Source of the DNA: an uncultured Acidobacteriota bacterium
Lineage (GTDB): Bacteria; Acidobacteriota; JAAYUB01
NCBI GenBank assembly: GCA_964412195.1
Contig: CAYPNP010000010.1
Span: 34,166-98,165 of the forward strand
Length of the DNA: 64,000 nucleotides
Direction of reading: 5' to 3'
The position numbers were made by a program, and so were the translations under genes. Positions 45,446-56,089 of this stretch are shown piece by piece. The notes beneath the pieces are model-generated. The model searched no databases. It saw only the letters and a program-made list of their open reading frames with translations, and had not been told where the DNA came from. Within the stretch, counting starts at the first letter, position 1, and every line of letters starts with the position of its first letter.

Positions 45446-45472
45446 AAGGAGGCCGACTCGGCCTCCTTTTTC
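45446..45472 (+). terminator. Rho-independent terminator of lat
   Basis: AAAGGAGGCCG-actc-GGCCTCCTTT followed by TTTTCAG. Confidence 0.8.
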
Positions 45473-45499
45473 AGTTGGCACCGCCTTCTCGCCGTTTGG

Positions 45500-45740
45500 A
45501 ATCGGGGTCAGTATCGGGATCGGGGTCGACTCGTGAATCGATTCCGATACCGATCCCGATAAGAGCGGCAGGTTATTTCCAGTAAGCGCGACCGGTCACC
45601 GGTCACCTGTCATCCGTCGATGTCGAGCACGATGACGAGCACGCGCACGATTACGATCACGATTACGATCGGTTTCATCGGTCACCGGTCACCCGTCATC
45701 GGTCACCCGTCATCCGTCGAGCACGCGCACGATGAAAGCG
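45500..45740. repeat. Compound short-period repeats: GATCGG/CCGATC palindrome, two copies of a (GGTCACC)n-GTCGAGCACG module, and CACGATTACGAT units
   Basis: atcgggatcggggtcgactcgtgaatcgattccgataccgatcccgat. Then accggtcaccggtcacctgtcatccgtcga...cacgattacgatcacgattacgatcgg. Then atcggtcaccggtcacccgtcatcggtcacccgtcatccgtcgagcacgcgcacgatg. Confidence 0.6.
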
Positions 45741-45815
45741 GGGTTCCGGCTTGACATTCCCTCCGCATTTCACTAAGGTACACGTTTGTCCTGAACGATG
45801 GAAAAGGAGCGTACC

Positions 45816-47567
<1,752 letters not shown>

Positions 47568-47580
47568 CGCGGAGGCCGAT

Positions 47581-49254
47581 GTGAACGACTCCCCGCTGAT
47601 GGAGATGACCCTGTCCGACGGCCGCCGGGTCCAGGCCCGCAAGGGCATGTCCCTGCTGGAGATCCTCGGCGAAGCCGGCTGGCGGTCCACCCTGCCGGTG
47701 GTGGCGGCGAAGATCAACAACCGCCTGACCAACCTCCGCCACAAGCTCAGCGTGGACTCGCGGGTCGAGTTCGTCGACGCGGCCCATCCGGAGGGTTACC
47801 GCGTCTACCAGAGCTCCACTGCCTACCTGCTGGGCCTGGCCGTCGAGCGGCTCTTCCCCGACGCGGTGCTCAAGGTCGAGCACAGCCTCAGCAAGGGCCT
47901 GTACTGCGAGCTGGTCAAGGAGGTCCCGCCGACCGGCGCGGACATCCGCCGCCTCGAGCAGGAGATGCAGGACCTGGCCCGGCAGGACCTGCCCATCCAC
48001 AAGGAAAAGACCTACCTCGACGAGGCGCGGATCTTCTTCGAGAAGACCGGCCAAACCGACAAGATCCGGCTCTTCCGCTACAGCAATCCCCACACCATCG
48101 ACCTGTACCGCTGCGCGGAGTACCAGGGCTACTCGGACTGCCCCCTGGTGCCCTCCACCGGCGTCCTGTCGCTGTTCCACCTGGTCTACCACCCGCCCGG
48201 CTTCATCATGATCCTGCCGGAGCCCTACGCCCTGGCCGGCTCAGACCCGCGCCCGGTGGTGCCCGAGTTCGTCTCGCAGCCGAAGCTGTTCCGCGTGTTC
48301 CAGGAATACGCCCAGTGGCTGCGCATCCTCAACCTGGAGGACGTCGGCGCCCTGAACGAGCGCGTGGTGGCCAACGACTACCACGAGATCATCCGGATCA
48401 GCGAGGCGCTGCAGGAGAAGAAGATCGCCCAGCTGGCCGACGACGTGATGCACAGCCGCATCGTCCTGATCGCCGGCCCGTCCTCGTCCGGCAAAACCAC
48501 GTTCGCCAAGCGCCTGGCTGACCAGTTGCGCGTGGACGGCCTGCTGCCCGAGGTGATCTCGCTGGACGACTACTTCCTGGACCGGGACAAGACGCCCAAG
48601 GACGCCACCGGCAAGTACGACTTCGAGAGCCTGGCGGCCATCAACACGGAGCTGCTGCACCGGCACTTCGAGCTGCTGTTCGAGGGCGAGGCCATCGACG
48701 TGCCCAAGTACAATTTCCTCACCGGCAAGTCGATGGAGAACCATCACCAGGTGGCGCCCTCCGAGAAGACCATCCTGCTTTTCGAGGGCATCCACGCCAT
48801 CAATCCCGCGCTGGTCCGCAACCTGCCCCTGGACCGGATCAGCCGGATCTACGTGTCGCCCCTGACCGCCCTCAGCATGGACAACCAGAACCGCATCCCG
48901 ACCACCGATAGCCGTCTGCTGCGCCGGATCGTCCGCGACTACCTCTTCCGCGGCTACGATGCCCTGGTCACGCTGCAGCGCTGGCAGTCGGTGCGCCGCG
49001 GGGAAACCGATTACATTTTCCCCTACCAGAACGACGCCGACCTGTTCTTCAACTCGGCCCTGGTGTACGAGCTGGCGGTGCTCAAGCGCTATGCCGAGCC
49101 GCTGCTGCTGCGGATCAGCACCGAGCACCCGGAGTACAGCGAGGCGCGCCGGCTGCTGAAGTTCCTCTCCTACTTCCAGGACATCCCGCCGGAACAGGTC
49201 CCGTCGACCTCGATCCTGCGGGAATTCATCGGCGAGTCCGGCTTCCGCTACTGA
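47581..49254 (+). CDS. TGS-domain / uridine-kinase (PRK/UDK P-loop kinase) fusion protein
   Basis: N-terminal ThrRS-like TGS domain (MSLLEILGEAGWRSTLPVVAAKINNRLTNL). A central domain with Walker A IAGPSSSGKTT and the LDDYF motif of the uridine kinase/phosphoribulokinase family. Confidence 0.6.
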   Translation: MNDSPLMEMTLSDGRRVQARKGMSLLEILGEAGWRSTLPVVAAKINNRLTNLRHKLSVDSRVEFVDAAHPEGYRVYQSSTAYLLGLAVERLFPDAVLKVEHSLSKGLYCELVKEVPPTGADIRRLEQEMQDLARQDLPIHKEKTYLDEARIFFEKTGQTDKIRLFRYSNPHTIDLYRCAEYQGYSDCPLVPSTGVLSLFHLVYHPPGFIMILPEPYALAGSDPRPVVPEFVSQPKLFRVFQEYAQWLRILNLEDVGALNERVVANDYHEIIRISEALQEKKIAQLADDVMHSRIVLIAGPSSSGKTTFAKRLADQLRVDGLLPEVISLDDYFLDRDKTPKDATGKYDFESLAAINTELLHRHFELLFEGEAIDVPKYNFLTGKSMENHHQVAPSEKTILLFEGIHAINPALVRNLPLDRISRIYVSPLTALSMDNQNRIPTTDSRLLRRIVRDYLFRGYDALVTLQRWQSVRRGETDYIFPYQNDADLFFNSALVYELAVLKRYAEPLLLRISTEHPEYSEARRLLKFLSYFQDIPPEQVPSTSILREFIGESGFRY

Positions 49255-49257
49255 AGA

Positions 49258-49328
49258 ATTCACCACAAAGACACAAAGAGCACAAAGTCCACAGAATGCT
49301 TTGTGTTCTTTGTGCCTTTGTGGTGAAT
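49258..49328. repeat. Dispersed-repeat hairpin (copy 1): 30-bp arms built of cacaaag units; probable bidirectional terminator between convergent genes
   Basis: attcaccacaaagacacaaagagcacaaag-tccacagaatg-ctttgtgttctttgtgcctttgtggtgaat. The right arm is identical to copy 2 at 62378-62407. Confidence 0.7.
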
Positions 49329-49331
49329 GTT

Positions 49332-51503
49332 TTACGGGCGCCAGGTGTAGACGAACTTGACCACGAACTGGTCGTATGCCGGCGGCAGCCGCAGGACCTC
49401 GTCCGGGATGTGCGTCCAGCCCCGGTTGTAGACGAGGAACAGGTCGGTGCCCGGCGTGACGGTCCAGCGGAACCGGATGTTGGTGCCCAACTCCTCGCTC
49501 TCATTGTCATACTGGGTGAAGGTGGACAGGGTCACCTCCGGCGAGAAGTCGTAGTTCAGCTGCAGCCCCATCAGGCGCTGGATAAAGCTCCCGCTCGACA
49601 GCCGCCCGGTGACGTATTCCATCGAGAAAGAAGCCTGGAAAGAGGCGTTGGGCTTGAGACCGAATTCCCCCTCGTAGGTCTCCATCCGGCCATCATAGAA
49701 CGTGCCGAACGAACTGCCCGCCTCGAACCGCCACTTGCGGAAATTGGCTGTCTCGAACCTCACGTCTCCCCGATCGAATAGGTAGGACCCCGGCTGGATG
49801 ACCACGCCTTCGCTGATCTCGAAGGCTTCCTGCAGGTATTCATACTGCGACGAATAGCCGGTCATGAAGAACTCCCCTGTGTCCCAAAGAATCCCCAGGG
49901 GAGTGGCGGACAGCTCCCGGCTCTCGAGCCGGCCGGCCTGCTGCCACCAGAAATCGGCACCCCACGACCACATGAACTTCCGGATCCCCCACTTGTGCGG
50001 CCGCGGCCCCAGCTCGCCGAAATATTCCAGGTGGCGGGTGCCGGGCCGGGGCAGGAAGCCCAGCGCCGGGTCCAGCGCGTCGCCGAAGGCCTGAAACATC
50101 AGGCCCGTATCCACCAGGTCGTTCGGATAGTCCACCCCGAAACCCCACCCGTACGGGCGGTCGCCATTCAGGTCGTTGTGCGAGTACATCGCCCACCCGC
50201 CGGCGGCGAAGTTCTTGTCGCCCCACAGCTTGTTGGTCTGGTAGACGAAGTCCGCGCCTACCAGGGTGTTGGTTCCCGCGCCCCCCGGGTCGCCGTTGGT
50301 CACCATGACGCCGACGTAGCTCTGGTCCCAGAGGTCCTGCTTCACCCGGGCCGCCAGCAGGTTCTGCCGGTCCAGCGAGAGGTCGGGGCTGTCGTAATTG
50401 TCGGTCTCGACGTCCAGCACGCCGACGCTGGTGCCGCCGACCCGGCCCCAGAGCTTGCCGCCCGCCAGGACGGGGATCTGTTCGCCTTGCACCAGCCCGA
50501 TCCGCCGGCTGAAGAACGGGATGAAGTCCCGGCTCAGGCCGATGCCGAAATCGAAGATGTTGGAACCTTCGAGGAAGAAGCTCCGCTTCTCGGGATAGAA
50601 CAGCGGGAATCGCGTCAGGTTGATCTGGCGGGTATCGGCCTCGGTCTCGGCGAAGTCGGTGTTGTACGTGAAGACGGCGTTGAGATTGCTGGTCAGGCTC
50701 TTGTAGACGTCGAATCCGAAATCGCCCGTGTTCTGGCGCGGGATGCCCTCGACCATGTTGGCCTCCGTCCGGAAGGAGGCGTACGGCCGGATGGAATATC
50801 CATGCCCCTGGACGAGGCCCTCCATGCCGTGGAGCAGACCCGCCTCAGCCGGATTCATGAAGTGGGCATCCAGCCGGGCGCCGGACCAGCGGTCCATTTC
50901 CCGCTTGCGGCGGACCATGCGTTCGACGTTGAAGCCCCAAGTGGACAGGCCCGGCTTGAAGGCGATGGTTTTGGTCGGGATGCGGATCTCGGCGACCCAG
51001 CCCTCGGCATCCCGACTGGCGTGACCGTCCCAGATGCCGTCCCACGAATAATCCGCTTCCTCCCCCTTGGCCAGGCCGTCCCGCTTGGCCCCGGCGGGGT
51101 TGATCTCGAAGACGTAGCCGTTGCGCCGGTCCAGGAACGTGTCCAGGAGCAGGCTGACGTAGTCGTCGTCCTCGATGTCTCCGTCGCGAGCCATGGTGGA
51201 GACGGCGATCTTGCGTGGCTCCTTGTCGTAGCAACGAATGGCGATGTAGATGGACTCGCCGTCGCGAGCCACCCAGACTTCGGTGTCCTCCGTCGGCGCC
51301 TCGCCGGGATCGGGCTCCTGCTGGGTGAGCCGGATCGGCGGGCCGGCGGCGTCCCATTCCCCGCTCTCGATCCGGCCGTCCACGTTGGGGGTTTGAACCC
51401 TCGCGGCCGTGTACTCCGGCACCTGTTCGGCGGCGCGGACGATGACGTTCCCGCCGACGGCAAGGCACAGTCCCAGGAATCCAAGCAGCAGCCTCCTAGC
51501 CAT
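49332..51503 (-). CDS. Large secreted/outer-membrane protein, DUF5916/CBM9-like family (function unknown)
   Basis: Signal peptide MARRLLLGFLGLCLAVGGNVIVRAAEQ. 720 aa, rich in beta-strand Y/W/G patterns, with a C-terminal aromatic residue. Start set at the internal Met. Confidence 0.45.
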   Translation of the reverse strand: MARRLLLGFLGLCLAVGGNVIVRAAEQVPEYTAARVQTPNVDGRIESGEWDAAGPPIRLTQQEPDPGEAPTEDTEVWVARDGESIYIAIRCYDKEPRKIAVSTMARDGDIEDDDYVSLLLDTFLDRRNGYVFEINPAGAKRDGLAKGEEADYSWDGIWDGHASRDAEGWVAEIRIPTKTIAFKPGLSTWGFNVERMVRRKREMDRWSGARLDAHFMNPAEAGLLHGMEGLVQGHGYSIRPYASFRTEANMVEGIPRQNTGDFGFDVYKSLTSNLNAVFTYNTDFAETEADTRQINLTRFPLFYPEKRSFFLEGSNIFDFGIGLSRDFIPFFSRRIGLVQGEQIPVLAGGKLWGRVGGTSVGVLDVETDNYDSPDLSLDRQNLLAARVKQDLWDQSYVGVMVTNGDPGGAGTNTLVGADFVYQTNKLWGDKNFAAGGWAMYSHNDLNGDRPYGWGFGVDYPNDLVDTGLMFQAFGDALDPALGFLPRPGTRHLEYFGELGPRPHKWGIRKFMWSWGADFWWQQAGRLESRELSATPLGILWDTGEFFMTGYSSQYEYLQEAFEISEGVVIQPGSYLFDRGDVRFETANFRKWRFEAGSSFGTFYDGRMETYEGEFGLKPNASFQASFSMEYVTGRLSSGSFIQRLMGLQLNYDFSPEVTLSTFTQYDNESEELGTNIRFRWTVTPGTDLFLVYNRGWTHIPDEVLRLPPAYDQFVVKFVYTWRP

Positions 51504-51751
51504 CACGCCGTCACTCCATCTGTATGATTCGTCTTCGAGCAAGTCTACTATACGGTTGGAATACGGAGTTGTTCCAGATTCTTCCGCGTCTGTGACTTGG
51601 GCCACACGCCCCGCCGGACGCCGGCTGCTGCCAACGCCATGGCCCCGAAGGCCGGGGCGACACTGCCCAGGAGGAGGCGGGCTTTTCCGTTGCAGTCTCC
51701 CGGCGGCCAGTGTATATTTCGTTTCCGCAACCACTTACCGGAGGCTTGCCA

Positions 51752-52489
51752 ATGCGCTCAGACTGGCCCGATCCCCCCGAAGCGGCGCTGCGGCGCGTGA
51801 CCGAGGACATCGTCCGACGCGCAGTGAAGATGGGCCGTAGGAAGGGCCGGACGATCACCATCTCCAAGACCGCCCGCGGGCAAGGCGTGCCGGTGGAGGA
51901 ACTGGACCCTTCCACGCCCGAGGGCCGGCAGCGGCTGGACGCCTTCCTGGCCGGCTCGGCCCGTCACTACACCATCAGCGGCCTGGGCGCGCCCGAGGAA
52001 AAAAATGCCATCAACTGGCGTGCGCTCAACGCCGGCTTCTGGCGGCGCTGCCGCTGGACCGTCATGGTGGGCATCTCCTTCCTGCTGAAGGGCAACCCGT
52101 TCAAGAACCGCTTCTTCCGCTGGATGGGGATGCACATCGGCCACAACGTCGAGATCATGCAGATGGTCTGGCTGGACCACTTCCGGCCCGAGCTGATCTA
52201 CATCGGCGACAATACCCTGATCGGCGCCTTCAGCCAGTTCACCGTCCACGCCTACGAGGGCTGCGGCCGCTTCCGGTACGGCCTGGTGGAGGTCGGCCGG
52301 AACTGCACCATCGGGGCCGGCGCCGGCCTCGGCATCATCAAGGTGGAGGACAACGTGCGGATCCTTCCCGGCACCACGGTCTCGCCCTACTATCCCCGAG
52401 TCAAGGCCAGCACCATCGTCGGGTACGATCCTCCCCCCAAGACCACGGCTCCGGAACCAGAAAACCGAACATCGAACATCGAACATTGA
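51752..52489 (+). CDS. Hexapeptide-repeat (left-handed beta-helix) acyltransferase-like protein
   Basis: The C-terminal half has [LIV]GxN hexapeptides (IGDNTLIGAFSQFTVHAYEG...VGRNCTIGAGAGLGII). The 3' end runs into the foldback repeat, so the true stop may be earlier. Confidence 0.5.
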   Translation: MRSDWPDPPEAALRRVTEDIVRRAVKMGRRKGRTITISKTARGQGVPVEELDPSTPEGRQRLDAFLAGSARHYTISGLGAPEEKNAINWRALNAGFWRRCRWTVMVGISFLLKGNPFKNRFFRWMGMHIGHNVEIMQMVWLDHFRPELIYIGDNTLIGAFSQFTVHAYEGCGRFRYGLVEVGRNCTIGAGAGLGIIKVEDNVRILPGTTVSPYYPRVKASTIVGYDPPPKTTAPEPENRTSNIEH

Positions 52490-52910
52490 ACATCGAACGC
52501 TGAAGTCAATCCCCGGTCTGAACCAAACCACGAACCACACCAACCACACGAAGGGTTTTCAATCCGCAATCCGAACTCCACCATGAAATACACGAAACAC
52601 ACGAAAGTTTTCAATCGGCAACCGGCCGGACATTCAACGCAGATAAACGCAGATCGATTATGATTCTTTATGATCGATCATTGGATCGGATCATAACAAA
52701 TCATAGCCAAATCAGCGCAAATCTGCGTTCAAGGATCGGTTCGTTGTGGTATGGGCTTGAATTCTGTTTCGTGTGTTTCGCGTATTTCGTGGTGGAGTTC
52801 GGATTGCGGATTGAAAACCCTTCGTGTGGTTGGTGTGGTTCGTGGTTTGGTTCGGATCGCGGATTGACTTCGATGTTCGATGTTGGAAGTTCGATGTTCG
52901 ATGTTCGATC
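52462..52910. repeat. Roughly 450-bp foldback element: two inverted arms of about 150 bp (about 90% identical) around an AT-rich, internally palindromic spacer of about 150 bp
   Basis: The left arm contains (GAACATC)n, ccaaaccacgaaccacaccaaccacacgaagggttttcaatccgcaatccgaactcc. The right arm is its reverse complement (ggagttcggattgcggattgaaaacccttcgtgtggttggtgtggttcgtggtttgg...(GATGTTC)n). The spacer has caacgcagat...atctgcgttc. Confidence 0.85.
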
Positions 52911-52927
52911 GGGGCGATGCAACTCGG

Positions 52928-53806
52928 CTATTCGAAATTCTGCACCTGCTCGCGGATCTTCTCCACGTCGGCCTTGAGCTCGATGCCGACGCGGCTGATC
53001 TCGAGCCGCTCGGTCTTGGACAGGATGGTGTTGACCTCGCGGTTCAGCTCCTGGAGGATGAAGTCCAGCTTCTTGCCGGCCGGCGCGTCGGCGGCCAGCA
53101 CCTCCCGGAACTGCTGGACGTGGGAGCGGAAGCGGTCGATCTCCTCGGCGATGTCGGCCTTCTCGGCCATGTAGGCCGCCTCCTGCAGCAGGCGCCCCTC
53201 GTCCACCGGCAGGCCCTCGGGCAGCAGCTCCGCCAGCCGCTTCTTCCACTTCTCGAAGATGTCCCCGCGGATGTCTTCCTGCCGCAGGCCGATCTGGTCG
53301 ATGGCCGCCGCCATGGCGTCCAGCCGCTCGCGCACCACCCGCTCCAGGTTCTCCCCTTCCTGGCGGCGCATCTGGACGAACTGGTCCAGCGCCTTCCCCA
53401 GCAGCGCGCGCACGGCCGCCTGGAATTCCGGGTCGGCCAGATAATTGTCTTCCGCCGCGGCGAAGAGGCCTGGCAGGCCGACGATGTCCCGCAGAGCCAC
53501 CGGCTCCGCCGCCCCGATTTCCCGCTGCAGCTCGCCGAGCTGCGCCAGGTACTGCCGGGCGGCCTCCAAGTTGAGCGCCGGGACGTCGGACTTGGGCGAG
53601 CGCACCTCGATCCAGACGTCCACCCGCCCCCGCTGGATTCTCGCCTTGACTGCCTCGCGGAGGGACTGCTCGAAGTCGACCGCCACGCCCTGGAACTTGA
53701 CGTAGACGTCCAGGGTGCGGTTGTTGACCGACTTCATCTGGATGGTGACGGTGCGGGGGCCGATCTCCTGGGAGACCACGGCGAAACCGGTCATGGAATG
53801 GATCAT
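52928..53806 (-). CDS. yicC: YicC-family protein (stress-induced endoribonuclease YicC-like)
   Basis: MIHSMTGFA is the canonical YicC N-terminus. 292 aa with a C-terminal coiled region. Confidence 0.8.
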   Translation of the reverse strand: MIHSMTGFAVVSQEIGPRTVTIQMKSVNNRTLDVYVKFQGVAVDFEQSLREAVKARIQRGRVDVWIEVRSPKSDVPALNLEAARQYLAQLGELQREIGAAEPVALRDIVGLPGLFAAAEDNYLADPEFQAAVRALLGKALDQFVQMRRQEGENLERVVRERLDAMAAAIDQIGLRQEDIRGDIFEKWKKRLAELLPEGLPVDEGRLLQEAAYMAEKADIAEEIDRFRSHVQQFREVLAADAPAGKKLDFILQELNREVNTILSKTERLEISRVGIELKADVEKIREQVQNFE

Positions 53807-55611
53807 TCTTCCTTCTCCGCGGAACGGAATTGCAGGTCATGGAGCTTCTTGTAGACCGCCCCGCGGGCGAGCAGCTCGTCGTGCGTGCCCGACTCCACGA
53901 TCCGGCCTTTCTGCAGCACGATGATGCGGGTGGCATTCCGGACGGTGGACAGGCGGTGGGCGATCACGAAGGTGGTGCGGTTCCGCATCAGATTGGACAG
54001 GGCCTGCTGGACCAGCATCTCGGACTCGCTGTCCAGCGAGGAGGTGGCCTCGTCCAGGATCAGCAGCGGCGCGTCCTTGAGGATGGCCCGGGCGATGGCC
54101 AGCCGCTGGCGCTCGCCGCCGGAGATGCGCGTGCCGCGCTCGCCGATGACCGTGTCGTAGCCCTTGGGGAACTTCAGGATGAAGTCGTGGGCCAGCGCCG
54201 CCCGGGCGGCCGCCTCCACCTGCGCCAGGGTTACCTCGCCGGCGCCGTAGCAGATGTTGTTCCGGACGGTGTCATTGAACAGGAAGGTCTCCTGAGTGAC
54301 GATGGCGATCTGCCCGCGCAGGGACGTCAGGGTCACGTCGCGGATGTCCGTCCCGTCGATCCGGACCGCTCCCTCGGTGGGGTCGAGGAAGCGCGGCAGC
54401 AGGTTCACCAGGGTGGTCTTGCCGGCGCCGGAGCTGCCGACGATGGCCAGGATTTCGCCGCGCCGCACGGCCAGGTCGATGCCCTGAAGCACGTGCAGCG
54501 GGTGGCCGTCTTTCTTCTCGTAGTGAAAGCCGACTCCCTCCAGCCGGATCTCCTCGCGGATGGGCGGGAGGTCGGGCGCGCCGGACTTCACCGCCACCTT
54601 TTCGTCCACGTCCAGGACCTCGAAGATTCGGTCCACCGAGGCGAAGGTCTGCTGGAAACCGAGGTGCATCCGGGATATCCGCCGGACCGGGTCGTACATG
54701 CGCACCAGCGCGATCAGGAAGGTGGCGAACGTGGCCAGGGTCAGGTGGCCGGACTGGATCCGGAAGTGGGCGTAGACCATGAACGGGATGAAGATCATCA
54801 CCCCGATCATCTCCATGACCGGCGGATTGGCGGAGATGATGCGGCCGGCCTTCAGGTTGGCGCGCAGAACGCCCTCGGTCGCCTCCCGGAAACGGGCCAG
54901 CTCGAAGCGCTCCATGCCGAACGCCTGCACCACGCGGCTGCCGCTGATGGCCTCCTGGAGGGTGTTGCTCATCTCGGCCACGTGCTCCTGGCTCTGCCCG
55001 CCGTAGCGCTTGACCTTCTTCCCGAGGAGGGTGGTCAGCCCCCCGACCACCGGTCCCACCAGCACCGTCGCCACGGACAGGACCGGGTCGATGTAGACGA
55101 CCAGGCCGATCAGGGCGAACAGGGTGAGGAGCTGCCGTACGAAGTCGGCCAGCGAGCGGGACACCGTCTCCTGGATCTTGTCCACATCGTTGATCACGCG
55201 GCTGATGAGCTTGCCGGTGGAGTGCCGGGCGAAGAAGCGCATCGACTGCCCGATGATATGCTCAAAGAGCCGGTCGCGCACGCGCTGGATGATCTTCTGG
55301 CCGGTGTAGATGACGGCGTAGTCGGCGAAGTAGAGGCAGACGCACTTGATCAGGGTGAGCACGAAGAGGATGACGGCGACGCGGATCAGCAGCCCCGGCC
55401 CCCGCAGGTCGAACCAGTCGTACAGGAAGGCGAACTTCTGGGCCATGCCCGGGGCGGTGGGGGCGGTGCTGAGGACGGAGTTGAAGATGGGCTCCAGGAA
55501 CATCAGGATCAGCCCCTCCACCGCGCCGACGATCGACAGCAGGACCAGCGAGACGGCCAGCAGCGGCAGATAGGGCTTGAGGTAGGGAGCTAACTTTTTG
55601 ATTTCCTTCAT
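53803..55611 (-). CDS. ABC transporter fused permease/ATP-binding protein (MsbA-like exporter)
   Basis: Six-TM exporter domain. NBD with Walker A GSSGAGKTT, signature LSGGERQRLAIARA and Walker B LILDEATS. Start set at internal MKEIKK. Confidence 0.8.
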   Translation of the reverse strand: MKEIKKLAPYLKPYLPLLAVSLVLLSIVGAVEGLILMFLEPIFNSVLSTAPTAPGMAQKFAFLYDWFDLRGPGLLIRVAVILFVLTLIKCVCLYFADYAVIYTGQKIIQRVRDRLFEHIIGQSMRFFARHSTGKLISRVINDVDKIQETVSRSLADFVRQLLTLFALIGLVVYIDPVLSVATVLVGPVVGGLTTLLGKKVKRYGGQSQEHVAEMSNTLQEAISGSRVVQAFGMERFELARFREATEGVLRANLKAGRIISANPPVMEMIGVMIFIPFMVYAHFRIQSGHLTLATFATFLIALVRMYDPVRRISRMHLGFQQTFASVDRIFEVLDVDEKVAVKSGAPDLPPIREEIRLEGVGFHYEKKDGHPLHVLQGIDLAVRRGEILAIVGSSGAGKTTLVNLLPRFLDPTEGAVRIDGTDIRDVTLTSLRGQIAIVTQETFLFNDTVRNNICYGAGEVTLAQVEAAARAALAHDFILKFPKGYDTVIGERGTRISGGERQRLAIARAILKDAPLLILDEATSSLDSESEMLVQQALSNLMRNRTTFVIAHRLSTVRNATRIIVLQKGRIVESGTHDELLARGAVYKKLHDLQFRSAEKEE

Positions 55612-55689
55612 CGGGGCCTGCGACCTTTGCAGATGCCCGTTCATGGTAGACGGATTACGGTGGGAAGTCAATTCTACAGCCGGGAGGGA

Positions 55690-55960
55690 GGGTGGGAGTG
55701 CGGAGTGCGGATTGAACCGCAAAGTCGCAAAGGACGCAAAGGGGATTTCAACTCGGATGAACACGGATCCAAAGGCGATGAACACGGATCGAGGCAGGGT
55801 AGATTTAGCATATGGCTTCCTTACTGGTAATTGGGCTATCCATAAAAACTAACCCGCTGGATTGATCCGTGTGAATCGGTTTGACAATCCGTGTCCATCC
55901 GTGTCGAATTCCCGGGCGGAATGCGGAGTGAAACCATTCGTGCGGTTCAGAGGGTTCGTG
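55690..55960. repeat. Divergent intergenic region with partial inverted/direct short repeats (GATGAACACGGATC, GCGGAGTG, CCGTGTC units) and an AT-rich core
   Basis: gatgaacacggatc occurs twice on the left. gatccgtgtgaatcgg and ccgtgtccatccgtgtc occur on the right. gcggagtgcggattgaaccgcaaag vs ggaatgcggagtgaaacc. Confidence 0.45.
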
Positions 55961-56089
55961 GTTGAGCGGATCCCACCTGTGAAGTTTCCACCAAGATCGT
56001 GGATTTCTCATGGATCCCCATCCCGCGGGCCGTTATAGAATGAACTCACATTCATTTCATCGTCATGCCTGGACATCAAGGAGGTATCC

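Noticed and set aside
52390-52977. Twin small ORFs (MKTFVCFVYFMVEFGLRIENPSCGWCGSWFG... on each arm of the foldback) as real genes
   Set aside because: Their similarity follows directly from the roughly 90% nucleotide identity of the inverted arms. They have no RBS or promoter evidence. They are kept only as a low-probability note inside the foldback finding.
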